Assembly: GCA_965279035.1 (NCBI GenBank)
Contig: OZ257142.1
Location: forward strand, 1,440,001 to 1,504,000
Length of the DNA stretch: 64,000 nt
Source: Bacteroidia bacterium
GTDB taxonomy: Bacteria > Bacteroidota > Bacteroidia > M30B66
Direction: 5' to 3'
The notes below the pieces were generated by a model, which saw nothing but the letters and a program-made list of their open reading frames with translations, was not told where the DNA came from and ran no database searches. The first letter of the stretch is position 1, and each line of letters starts with the position of its first letter. Below are positions 39,324 through 48,513 of this stretch, piece by piece. A program made the position numbers and the translations under genes.

Positions 39324-40964
39324 TTAATGCTGAACAATGAGTTTTTGAGTGTATGTTCCTGTATTGCTGCACAAACGTATAATATAAACACCACTTTTAT
39401 TGGGAGTTTGACACTGGAGAGCATTTTTCCCGACAGGTAAATTCTCTGTATTTGTTTGTTGAATGATTCTTCCTGAAATATCCCAAATACTAATTTGTAC
39501 ATCGGAAGCTTTTTCTAACTCGAATGTCAAATTGAATATTCCATTTGCTGGATTGGGGTTGATTGAAGCGAAATTCGTTTCTAAATTCTCATTACCCAAA
39601 ATAACTTCCCCCAATGTGTATTGAATATAATAGAGTTTCATTTCATCATTGGTCGTCAATCCAAAATGAACTGAAGTTGTTCCTGTATTTCTGAATGTGG
39701 CTTCTTGTATCAAACCGAGTTTTGGATTGATGGGTTCCAATGGTTCAAATTGACGAACGGGTGGATGAGAAAAACTGTAATATCCTTGATTGAACGTATA
39801 ATCGGTATTATACCAGCCTTCGTAAATCTGATCACCTTTGGTTCCATTTGAATTTCGTTTGAAAATATCGAAATCAACCCCGTATTTGTGAGTATGAGAT
39901 GTCAATTGCCAAATATTCCAATACTGAGTGGCTGATACATCATAATCGGCTTGAGAAAATGTATGAGGTGTATTGTCGGCTGGAATTAATATGTTGAGGT
40001 CGGTAATTAAATCCGAATGCATTTCGATGATCTCATCAGTTGCTGGTAATGTGTAAACATTAATAAAGACTTCAGAAGCCAAAACAGAATCGACATTGTA
40101 GTTTTTTAGATGGAAATTCATATCGAGCACACTTCCAGTTGGCCATATATACGCTGTTCCTTGAGGTAAATGAGTATCGAACGACATCTGCCAAGCATTG
40201 ATCATCGTGGATGAACTTCCTGAAGAACCAACTCCGGTTAAAGGATTCTGTAATCGTAATCCTTCGGCAAATGAAGCATCTTGTCCGGGAAGAAATTTAT
40301 AGAGAATGAAGTGATGACTTTGAGGAGCCATGATCATTTCGAGACGGTTAACCTTAATATTTGCAGGAAGTTCAAGATCGTATTTGATAAAGTATTCGGC
40401 TTCTGATTGTGGTGCTAAGAATATTTTCCCTAAGTGTAATTGAAATGATCCCGTTTCTGTAGGAATTGGTGGAGCACTAGGAATGCTATTGATTCCTCCA
40501 TTGGTATAATACTCATCGATAATTGCTGTGTTTACAACATTTCCAGTTAAAGGAGCTCCTTTATAAATCCATTGTCGAATCAATTCTAAACTTTGTTGTG
40601 GAACTGCTGGTCCTGGACCACCATAATTGGGCATACCAGCACCTTCGTCAACAGTAAGCATTTCGTTAGGGTAGAGTCCATTATTGCATTTACGCATAAG
40701 AAAGCTTCGGTCGGGATAACCAGGACGAATGAGTTTATACCCTTTCGCAATTGCTGCAGGATTTGTTGGACTTACATTCACAATGCGATTGTATACTTCT
40801 GTGTCTGTTCCACTCAAATTCAAATTCCCGGAATTATCCACTCCATTGTGACAACCAATAGCACAGGTACTTTGGAAAAAAGTATTGATTTGAGAGAATG
40901 TGTTTTGGGCTTGAATGCTATTCGAGACAAAAAGCACGATTAAGGAAAGGAGTGTGTTTTTCAT
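39324..40964 (-). CDS. T9SS-secreted cytochrome c + copper type II (PHM/DBH-like) monooxygenase fusion
   Basis: N-terminal CAIGCH (CxxxCH)...PGYPDRSFL...MP...LIRQWIYKGAP (Planctomycete-type cytochrome c); Cu ligands SHHF, NFH, SHTHKYG, DEM; CTD 'INPNPANG..IWDISGR..SGVYII'. Confidence 0.8.
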   Translation of the reverse strand: MKNTLLSLIVLFVSNSIQAQNTFSQINTFFQSTCAIGCHNGVDNSGNLNLSGTDTEVYNRIVNVSPTNPAAIAKGYKLIRPGYPDRSFLMRKCNNGLYPNEMLTVDEGAGMPNYGGPGPAVPQQSLELIRQWIYKGAPLTGNVVNTAIIDEYYTNGGINSIPSAPPIPTETGSFQLHLGKIFLAPQSEAEYFIKYDLELPANIKVNRLEMIMAPQSHHFILYKFLPGQDASFAEGLRLQNPLTGVGSSGSSSTMINAWQMSFDTHLPQGTAYIWPTGSVLDMNFHLKNYNVDSVLASEVFINVYTLPATDEIIEMHSDLITDLNILIPADNTPHTFSQADYDVSATQYWNIWQLTSHTHKYGVDFDIFKRNSNGTKGDQIYEGWYNTDYTFNQGYYSFSHPPVRQFEPLEPINPKLGLIQEATFRNTGTTSVHFGLTTNDEMKLYYIQYTLGEVILGNENLETNFASINPNPANGIFNLTFELEKASDVQISIWDISGRIIQQTNTENLPVGKNALQCQTPNKSGVYIIRLCSNTGTYTQKLIVQH

Positions 40965-40973
40965 GGGTTGGGA

Positions 40974-41684
40974 TTAATCGTATGATTCGAACCGGATTTG
41001 TTTTTTGTCTAGTACAAATGCTTGTAAATGTTCTCGGGCTTCTTTGAGCATGTTTGCCCATCCACAAAGATAGAAGAGATGATCACCTGGAAGAAGAAAT
41101 ATTTCTTTATACACATCATGAACATAACCTGATCGTCCTGACCATTGTTCTCGGGATAAAACGGGTATGTAATTGAAACTTGCTTTTTCTTCTTGAAGCT
41201 TCAGAAATTCCTGGTGATACAGTAAATCTCTTTGACTGCGTACACCTGCAATGAGTGTAATTTCATGATGCGGTTTCTCTTGTTGGAAAATGTCGAGTAT
41301 CATCGATCGAAAGGGAGCAATACCAGTACCTGTGCAAATAAAACATAATCGACGGTTTAGGTTTTCATCAAGCCTAAATTTACCTAAAGGAAGGGTTGTT
41401 TTAATTTTCGAACCAATCGAAATATCTCGAAATAAGTGCGGTGTTCCCAACCCTTGAGGATTCATTACAATGATGAGTTCTAAGGTATTGTCGCTCGATG
41501 GGGGAGAGGCAATGGAATAACTTCGGTTGGTGTATTTGCTGTCGATAGGTAAATCTAACATTACAAACTGACCTGCATGAAAATCTAGCATAACTTCACT
41601 AGGATAGCGAAGCACAAAGCGTTTCACATCTGGAGTTTCATCCAAAATCTGAATTACTTCGCAGTCATAATAGGTATATGCCAT
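40974..41684 (-). CDS. FNR-family FAD/NAD(P)H oxidoreductase
   Basis: 'FHAGQFVML','RSYSIAS','GTGIAPFRSM','YLCGW','FESY'. Confidence 0.9.
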   Translation of the reverse strand: MAYTYYDCEVIQILDETPDVKRFVLRYPSEVMLDFHAGQFVMLDLPIDSKYTNRSYSIASPPSSDNTLELIIVMNPQGLGTPHLFRDISIGSKIKTTLPLGKFRLDENLNRRLCFICTGTGIAPFRSMILDIFQQEKPHHEITLIAGVRSQRDLLYHQEFLKLQEEKASFNYIPVLSREQWSGRSGYVHDVYKEIFLLPGDHLFYLCGWANMLKEAREHLQAFVLDKKQIRFESYD

Positions 41685-41762
41685 TTCAAACCAAGATACT
41701 GAAATATCTTTTCATCCAGTTCATTTTCAAAAGATTGAGTTCGAATTTTTTTCTTGATTGAA

Positions 41763-41798
41763 AAATGCCCGGAAATGTTTAATCATCGCCGGGCATTT
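41763..41798 (-). terminator. Intrinsic terminator after S9 peptidase
   Basis: AAATGCCCGG...CCGGGCATTT hairpin with an A run on the + strand. Confidence 0.6.
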
Positions 41799-41855
41799 GA
41801 AAAAGTATTAGTAATCAATACACTATGTTATCGAATTCAATTGTATTGATGGAAT

Positions 41856-43772
41856 TTATTTTCCAATTCTTCCATTTAGGTATTTACCAAAGAAACGCTC
41901 CATTTCCTTATAAAAGTCCATACGGTTTTCTTCGTTGCCAAAGCCATGTCCTTCGTTGTCTTTCACCATATATGGCACGTCAATTCCTCGTTTTTTCAAT
42001 GCTTCTACCATTTGATCCGACTCTGCTTTTGCAACCCTTGGATCGTTTGCACCTTGAGCAATAAAGAGTGGACATTTGATTTTATCTACATGAAAAACGG
42101 GTGAAGCAGCTGTCATCAACTCTTTATCTTTCTCAGGATCTCCTACCATTTCGTACATCATATCGAGATAGGGTTTCCAATAAGGAGGAATGGTGCTCAT
42201 AAAAGTGAAAAGGTTCGAAACACCTACGTAGTCAACTGCACAAGCATATAAGTCGGGTGTTAATGTGATGCCTGCCAATGTTGCATAGCCACCATACGAT
42301 GCTCCATAGATGGCTACATGTTTTGGATCGGCAATGCCTTGTTCAATCAACCAATTCACACCATCGGTAATGTCATTTTGCATGGTTAAACCCCATTGCT
42401 TAAAACTCGCTTCCCAAAAGGCGCGACCATAACCAACCGAACCTCTAAAGTTCATCTGTAAAACCGCATATCCACGATTCGCCAAGAACTGCACTTCAGG
42501 ATTAAAACCCCATTCATCGCGTGCCCAAGGACCACCGTGCGGATTAATCACCACAGGTAAATTCTTAGCTGGAATACCTTTCGGTAAAGTCAAATACCCA
42601 TTGATTACTTTCCCATCACGAGCAATGTACTTGATAGGCTTCATTTCGGCCATATCTTCTTCCTTCAACCAAGGACTGATATCCGCCAATTTAGTGAATG
42701 CACCTGTAGTTAAATCGTAGAAATAATAGCTACCATAAGAACGATCACTCGATACAGTAATGAGTAGTTTATCCTCGTTACGATTTTGTCCGCTTAGACT
42801 TACTTCATATCCTGGAAAGCGAGCATCTAGTTTCTTTTGAAGTTCCTCACGTTGTTTATCGAAAAACTGATAGTGGCTTTTATCTGTTTCATACACAACG
42901 CCAGTAATCACTTTGCGCTTGCGGCTGCGAAGTAAAGTACTAACATCAACTTCGGGATGTTCGTACAATGAAGCAATCTCTTTTTTAGCAACCGGATCGT
43001 ATTTGATTATAGTTGATCGATCGCGTCCGATGTTTGAAGAAACAAATAGCATTTTATCGTCGAAATCGAAATACAACGGACTAAACGATTCTTTGAAATT
43101 GGTTGAAATGAGTTCGGTAAATTTTTCGGAGTCATTATTCCGGTAAAGCACGCCAGTGTTGATACCATCGGTAGTAGTAGCGATACGAATAACACCTTTA
43201 TTGTCGGTTTGCCAGCCGGTAATGTTTCCTGGATTTTCGCCAACCATTGTTAATTCACCTGTATTGATATTGATGCGGTAAGCATCGTAAAATTCAGGAT
43301 TGCGTTTGTTCAGGCCGATAATCATTTCATTATCGTTATCGTACAAATCGTCGATGATTTCTGCACGAACTTCAGCGCCTTCGGTTAATTCTTTTTGGTT
43401 TTTTCCATCAGAATCAACGGCAAACAAGTGAAAGTTTTCGTTTCCACCTTTGTCTTGTAAAAAGACCAATCGGTTGTTATTCTTCCAAAAATAGCCTTGA
43501 ATATCGCGCTCTTTTGCGAATGTAACTTGAACTTCGCCGGGTTTACCAATTTCTTGAACAAAGATATTTAGGCGGTTTTCCCATGGTTGCATAAAGGCAA
43601 GGTGCTTTCCATCAGGCGAAATGCGGAAGGCTACTTTTTCCGGATTCCGGAAAAAATCTTTCAGTGGAAGTACAGGAGCCTGTTGTGCATCGGCATTTTC
43701 AGGCATACCGACTACGAGTGTAGCCATAAGGATTGAGGCAATAAAGTTTCTAGTTGTAAACATAAGGGACAT
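41856..43772 (-). CDS. S9 family (acylaminoacyl/dipeptidyl) peptidase, exported
   Basis: 'PHGGPW','NFRGS.GYG','GASYGGY','NDPRV','EGHGF'. Confidence 0.93.
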   Translation of the reverse strand: MSLMFTTRNFIASILMATLVVGMPENADAQQAPVLPLKDFFRNPEKVAFRISPDGKHLAFMQPWENRLNIFVQEIGKPGEVQVTFAKERDIQGYFWKNNNRLVFLQDKGGNENFHLFAVDSDGKNQKELTEGAEVRAEIIDDLYDNDNEMIIGLNKRNPEFYDAYRININTGELTMVGENPGNITGWQTDNKGVIRIATTTDGINTGVLYRNNDSEKFTELISTNFKESFSPLYFDFDDKMLFVSSNIGRDRSTIIKYDPVAKKEIASLYEHPEVDVSTLLRSRKRKVITGVVYETDKSHYQFFDKQREELQKKLDARFPGYEVSLSGQNRNEDKLLITVSSDRSYGSYYFYDLTTGAFTKLADISPWLKEEDMAEMKPIKYIARDGKVINGYLTLPKGIPAKNLPVVINPHGGPWARDEWGFNPEVQFLANRGYAVLQMNFRGSVGYGRAFWEASFKQWGLTMQNDITDGVNWLIEQGIADPKHVAIYGASYGGYATLAGITLTPDLYACAVDYVGVSNLFTFMSTIPPYWKPYLDMMYEMVGDPEKDKELMTAASPVFHVDKIKCPLFIAQGANDPRVAKAESDQMVEALKKRGIDVPYMVKDNEGHGFGNEENRMDFYKEMERFFGKYLNGRIGK

Positions 43773-43977
43773 GAGTGTATGAACGAGGCAAATTAAAGGT
43801 TTCTTGTTTACTTGAAAATCATTTGAAAAATGAATGTCATTTGAAATTCAGATAATTCACAACATTAGTAGTCCAATCTTACTATTTGTTACAAAAGAGA
43901 AATTTATTTTTAGCTAACTCTGCATTATTGCGTTTCACAGCACAGCCCAAATCTTGAGTGTGTTGCTTGATGTTAAT

Positions 43978-44340
43978 TCAAAGTTCTTCCCAACCTTTAT
44001 TTTGGAAATCATATTTTGCATATTCTCCTGTGTCTGTAAATTCGGAAGCCGTCATTCCTACTTCAAAAATTGAGTTTTCATTCCAACTTGCAGTAAAATA
44101 CAGCGCTTTATTTGTCAAAAATGCCGTTCCATAGTCTTCGTTTGGATGATGGAAATGAATTCCAATATCATCTTCTTTCGTTATTTCATATTCGTATTGT
44201 AATAATCTATCTTTCAGTTCATGATATTGTTTTGCAGTAAATAATACTAAATGATCTTCATGTTCGAAAAAGGTATCATCATTTAGTTTTACTTCTTTCT
44301 CTTTTGTTTCGATTCTGTAAAGTCCTATGTCGTAACTCAT
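43978..44340 (-). CDS. Hypothetical protein
   Basis: 120-aa ORF in AT-rich flanks; 'MSYDI.LY...AKYD.Q..GWEE'. Confidence 0.7.
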   Translation of the reverse strand: MSYDIGLYRIETKEKEVKLNDDTFFEHEDHLVLFTAKQYHELKDRLLQYEYEITKEDDIGIHFHHPNEDYGTAFLTNKALYFTASWNENSIFEVGMTASEFTDTGEYAKYDFQNKGWEEL

Positions 44341-44535
44341 TTTCTTTAAAATTAGTTGTTTTAAATAGCAGCTTATTTAATTTAACTGAAATTTAGAATT
44401 TTCAGGAACAGTCAATTATTTTGAGTTTATTGAAATGAAAGTAGAAATTTATCTAAGCATTTATTTAGATTTGAGATACGTCAAATTTGAACGCTAGAAT
44501 TACATGCTAAATTAGTTCTATGGTAGTTTAGAAAA

Positions 44536-45777
44536 TCAGTTCCGCTTTTCGTTTGCGGCAATCAGTTCGGAGTGTTTTCCTAGTGTTCTCAAGGCAAAAA
44601 ACAAACTCAAAAAGCAAAATATGGCTCCTAACATAAATGCCGCACCTGGGAAATAAAATGGAGCATCATCAGCCGTAAAGCGGGCAAATACATTGGTCAT
44701 CATTACTGGTCCAATAATCGAAGTAAGACTCACTAAACTTGTTAATGCGCCTTGTAATTCGCCTTGTTCAGAACCGGGCACTTGGGCCGACATAATTCCT
44801 TGCAAAGCTGGACCACAAATACCTGAAAGGCAATAAGGAATTAATGCAGCATACATCATCCAACTTTGATTGGCAAAAGCAAAACAACTTAGTCCGATAC
44901 AATAGAGAATCAAACCCCAATAAACAGAGCGTTTCTGTCCCAACCATGGATTGATATAGCGTATTAATCCACCTTGAACAATCGCCACCAAAATCCCTAC
45001 AAAACCTAAAGAATACCCAACAGCCTTTTCGTCCCAATCAAAACGTTCCATAGTAAAGAACGACCAGGTGCTTTGTACTGCATGTGAAGCGATATACACG
45101 AAAAGCAATGATACAACTAAGCCTGAAATGATTGGATATTTTTGTAAGTGTCTTAATGCACCCACTGGATTTGCACGTTTCCAATCGAACGTTCTGCGGT
45201 TTTCTTTCGACAAGGATTCGGGTAGAATAAAATAGCCGTAAAGGAAATTAATGAAGGTAAGTGCTGCCGCTGCAATAAAGGGAATGCGAGAACCATATCC
45301 ACCTAAAATTCCACCGACAACAGGACCAATAATAAATCCTAATCCGAAAGCAGCTCCGACTAAACCAAAATTCTGAGCTCGTTTTTCAGGTGTTGAAATA
45401 TCTGCAATGTATGCTGTTGCAGTAGTGATGCTTGCTCCCATGACTCCAGCAATGAGCCTTCCTACGAATAACCATAAAATACTTGGTGCAAAAGCCAAAA
45501 AAAGATAGTCGAGAGCAAAGCCAAATAGCGAAATGAGCAAAATAGGTCGACGTCCATATTGATCGCTCAAGTTTCCTAATACAGGCGAAAACAAAAACTG
45601 CATAATGGCGAACGAAAACAAGAGCCATCCACCATATTCCGCTGCATCGCTGAGCGTTCCGCCTGTAAGTTCTTGAATGAGTTTCGGGAATACAGGAATG
45701 ATAATTCCTAATCCTGTAATATCAATTAATAAGGTAGCGAAAATGAAGCCAATTGCGGGCTTACGGGAGTTTGACAT
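44536..45777 (-). CDS. TetA-like MFS (DHA1) transporter
   Basis: 'GIIIPVFP','[11 protein letters not shown]','[12 protein letters not shown]','QGELQG'; -7 box TACATTTG at 45796-45803 (minus strand). Confidence 0.92.
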   Translation of the reverse strand: MSNSRKPAIGFIFATLLIDITGLGIIIPVFPKLIQELTGGTLSDAAEYGGWLLFSFAIMQFLFSPVLGNLSDQYGRRPILLISLFGFALDYLFLAFAPSILWLFVGRLIAGVMGASITTATAYIADISTPEKRAQNFGLVGAAFGLGFIIGPVVGGILGGYGSRIPFIAAAALTFINFLYGYFILPESLSKENRRTFDWKRANPVGALRHLQKYPIISGLVVSLLFVYIASHAVQSTWSFFTMERFDWDEKAVGYSLGFVGILVAIVQGGLIRYINPWLGQKRSVYWGLILYCIGLSCFAFANQSWMMYAALIPYCLSGICGPALQGIMSAQVPGSEQGELQGALTSLVSLTSIIGPVMMTNVFARFTADDAPFYFPGAAFMLGAIFCFLSLFFALRTLGKHSELIAANEKRN

Positions 45778-45835
45778 GTGTTTGGGTCAGGTTTTCAAAT
45801 GTACTGAATTCCTTCATTTAACAAATCGAAGCATT

Positions 45836-46513
45836 TTAATTCGATTTCTTTTTACTTAGTTTAGGTAAATCATACGATACATTGAATTGTAGAACTTGAA
45901 TAATAATTTTCGAATTCCATTGTGGTTGCCAGATATAGGATGCTTCGAAGCTAGTATGCTTATTAGGTGACCATTTTATTCCCACTGTGTTTCGAATTCG
46001 ACGAAAATAAAACTCCGAAGAACTATATCTATACATTGGTTCGGAGCTCAAAAACACTTTCAGTTTTATGATGATTTTTTGTTCGGCACCCAACTTCAAT
46101 CTGAAATTTTGTATAGAAGGATTGATGCCCCATTCAGGAATGCTTTCAAAATAATATTGATATTGGTATTTAGCTTTTGCCGACAATGTTAGTTTATCCC
46201 ATTTCCAATTGCGTCCAAAGCCAACACTGTATCTAATTCGATCCCATCGATTGGATGTGCTATATCGGATTCCTGCTTCGACAGCCCAGTGTTTATTTAG
46301 TTTATACCCTAGTGTTGCACTTATATAACTTCCGCGGAAGCGTGAACAATTTTTATCGAAACGCGATTGATATTGTGCACTTAAATCGAATCCTTTTCTT
46401 AAATCCTGATTTAATTCCAAGGCATTCCATACTTGAAAATCGCTGGGGGTTTGAGCCGATAAATTCCAGGTATTTAAAATAAGAATTAGAAACAGAAATT
46501 GCTTAATCTTCAT
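45836..46513 (-). CDS. DUF2490-like outer-membrane beta-barrel
   Basis: Signal peptide, 'DFQVW', alternating beta-strands, 'RIRNTVG'. Confidence 0.72.
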   Translation of the reverse strand: MKIKQFLFLILILNTWNLSAQTPSDFQVWNALELNQDLRKGFDLSAQYQSRFDKNCSRFRGSYISATLGYKLNKHWAVEAGIRYSTSNRWDRIRYSVGFGRNWKWDKLTLSAKAKYQYQYYFESIPEWGINPSIQNFRLKLGAEQKIIIKLKVFLSSEPMYRYSSSEFYFRRIRNTVGIKWSPNKHTSFEASYIWQPQWNSKIIIQVLQFNVSYDLPKLSKKKSN

Positions 46514-47156
46514 CACTGGCACTTTCTCCTTTGCTAGGTGTATCGTTTCGTGCAGAATTGTAAAAAACAAACATACGAGCTACATCTTTGAAAAAGTCGA
46601 TACGAATCATTTCAACTCTATGCACATTTAAACCAGTACGTTTGCGAATGTCTTCAATCATTTCTTCTTGTTTATCTGGATGAATTAAATCGATACGATC
46701 GTAGATGATTTCTTTTGAATTTTCATGAACGATTTTAACTTGATAATCGATGATCCAAGCAGTTAGTAAGATAATGGCATTCGCAGTTCCAAGCAAGAGA
46801 TAATTATCATCTACTCCAGTGAGTGAGTTTATTATTCCTAGAGTTACGCTTACGAAGAAATACCCCATTTCACGAACAGGAACTGTTACAGTTCGATAAC
46901 GCAAAATGGAGAAAATGGCAAATAAGCCAAATGCAAATCCCATTTTGAGTTTAGCACTGCTTAATAAGAAGCAAATGAGGAAATTGATGATATTAAAAAG
47001 GAAAAAGGTGAACAAGAAATCGCGGTTCTTGCTCATAGGATAATAGAGTATCCGAATAAGGATAAAAATCACTAAAAAATTAATCCCGAATCGGGTAATA
47101 AACTCAAGCCAACCATGCGTTGCAGCTATCTCATTCACTAACTCGCTTGTTTCCAT
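46503..47156 (-). CDS. DUF4956 family membrane protein
   Basis: 'GFAFGLFAIFSILRYRT..V.VREMGY.F'; 'DIRKRTGL.VHRVE...IDF'. Confidence 0.88.
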   Translation of the reverse strand: METSELVNEIAATHGWLEFITRFGINFLVIFILIRILYYPMSKNRDFLFTFFLFNIINFLICFLLSSAKLKMGFAFGLFAIFSILRYRTVTVPVREMGYFFVSVTLGIINSLTGVDDNYLLLGTANAIILLTAWIIDYQVKIVHENSKEIIYDRIDLIHPDKQEEMIEDIRKRTGLNVHRVEMIRIDFFKDVARMFVFYNSARNDTPSKGESASDED

Positions 47157-47914
47157 TGATCTTCTATTAAGTGCTTTATTTTACGGAGTTTGGATCCAAA
47201 TGCATTGCGTTTAATGTTATGATTTAATAAAGCAACTGCAATGGTATATTTACTTATTCGGGTTTCGCGTAATTGTCGTTTGCGCAAACATTCCAAGAAC
47301 TGACTATTTCGTGATGCTTTCGCTTGTTTCACTTCAACTATTACCAAGCCTTCTAATGAAATTTCCGCGATTTCATTTTTGAGGTGTAAATTGAGATCAA
47401 TGGTAACTCGCTCTTCCGAATTACGATTCATAAGTGTTAATCGTTTATAATTAACCCACATGGTAGGAACTAAGTGTAAACCATCTTTCACATATTCGCT
47501 CAATAATTCTTTTTCAGCATTACCGAGCATTTGAGGAATGCTTACAGTTTGAATTCGATGTTTATTTGTCCTTAATCCCTTGATTTTTTTCTTTATTTCA
47601 AAAAACACATCTCCAGAATCTTGATATTTTCTGTAACGGATTTTATAGCGGTTGGGCCTACCATTGTGATGATCGGTATAGGATGAATAGGAAGATGTAT
47701 CGAAATACAATGTATTATATTGTAACAATCTCTTTTCGTTGATTGAAAGAATATTATAGTCATTCAATACTTCTTTTAACACTGATTCGAGCTCGTTATA
47801 TTTGAAAATGAACTTTTGATCCACCCTATTGAATAGTTTAAGTCGGTTTATATCATCAAGGCTAGCAACCTGAAATTGATCTAAAATAGCTATAAGTGGA
47901 TTTTCAGAACTCAT
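47138..47914 (-). CDS. VTC domain (polyphosphate polymerase-like, CYTH superfamily) protein
   Basis: 'NRVDQKF','YNTLYFDT','RYKIRYRKY','FFEIK.K','ERVTID','IVEVK','ISKY'. Confidence 0.9.
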   Translation of the reverse strand: MSSENPLIAILDQFQVASLDDINRLKLFNRVDQKFIFKYNELESVLKEVLNDYNILSINEKRLLQYNTLYFDTSSYSSYTDHHNGRPNRYKIRYRKYQDSGDVFFEIKKKIKGLRTNKHRIQTVSIPQMLGNAEKELLSEYVKDGLHLVPTMWVNYKRLTLMNRNSEERVTIDLNLHLKNEIAEISLEGLVIVEVKQAKASRNSQFLECLRKRQLRETRISKYTIAVALLNHNIKRNAFGSKLRKIKHLIEDQWKQAS

Positions 47915-47921
47915 GCTAGTC

Positions 47922-48308
47922 TTAATCGTAAATAACAAAATCGGGAAGAATCAACTCTTGTTTATTTGATGTGATTTCCACATCCTGAATGATGTAATTT
48001 TGATTGAATACACAGGTGTCGCATTGTGAATAAACAAACACCTTATATTTACCTTTTCGAAGACCTTTAAAAATGTAATCTCCTGAATAGGAAGTGCGAA
48101 CATCATTATCTGCCGTGCTATTATCTCCATAAGAAATATAAACACGATAATCACCAGCATATGCACTGTCGGTAATTATTCCACTCGTATTAATATCATA
48201 TCCAAAAACTTTTCCTCTTATAGTAGCAGAGCCTCCTTCTCCCGGTTCTTTACTACAAGAAATTAGGATGATCAAACTAAGGATTAGCATAATTGAAAAT
48301 CGAAACAT
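47922..48308 (-). CDS. Small lipoprotein (carboxypeptidase-regulatory-like beta-sandwich)
   Basis: Lipobox LISC; 'TIRGKV','GDYIFKGLRKGKYKVFVYS'. Confidence 0.75.
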   Translation of the reverse strand: MFRFSIMLILSLIILISCSKEPGEGGSATIRGKVFGYDINTSGIITDSAYAGDYRVYISYGDNSTADNDVRTSYSGDYIFKGLRKGKYKVFVYSQCDTCVFNQNYIIQDVEITSNKQELILPDFVIYD

Positions 48309-48513
48309 GGTATTTTTAGCTGAATATTACGCAAAAGTTAATTCAAACTTGTCGATTCTTAAAATGGACAATGAAAATTCTACCTTTTGAAATCAGGTTT
48401 TTTAATTATAAGCTGATTTGGATTATAATTTTAAACAGAATTTATTAATCATTAAATAAAAAATGCGCACCTAAATTAAAGGCTTGATAATCGTTTTATT
48501 TAATATGGATTTA

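Noticed and set aside
44536-45777. Acquired tetracycline-resistance gene
   Set aside because: Generic chromosomal DHA1 MFS with no adjacent tetR or mobile element; substrate cannot be inferred.
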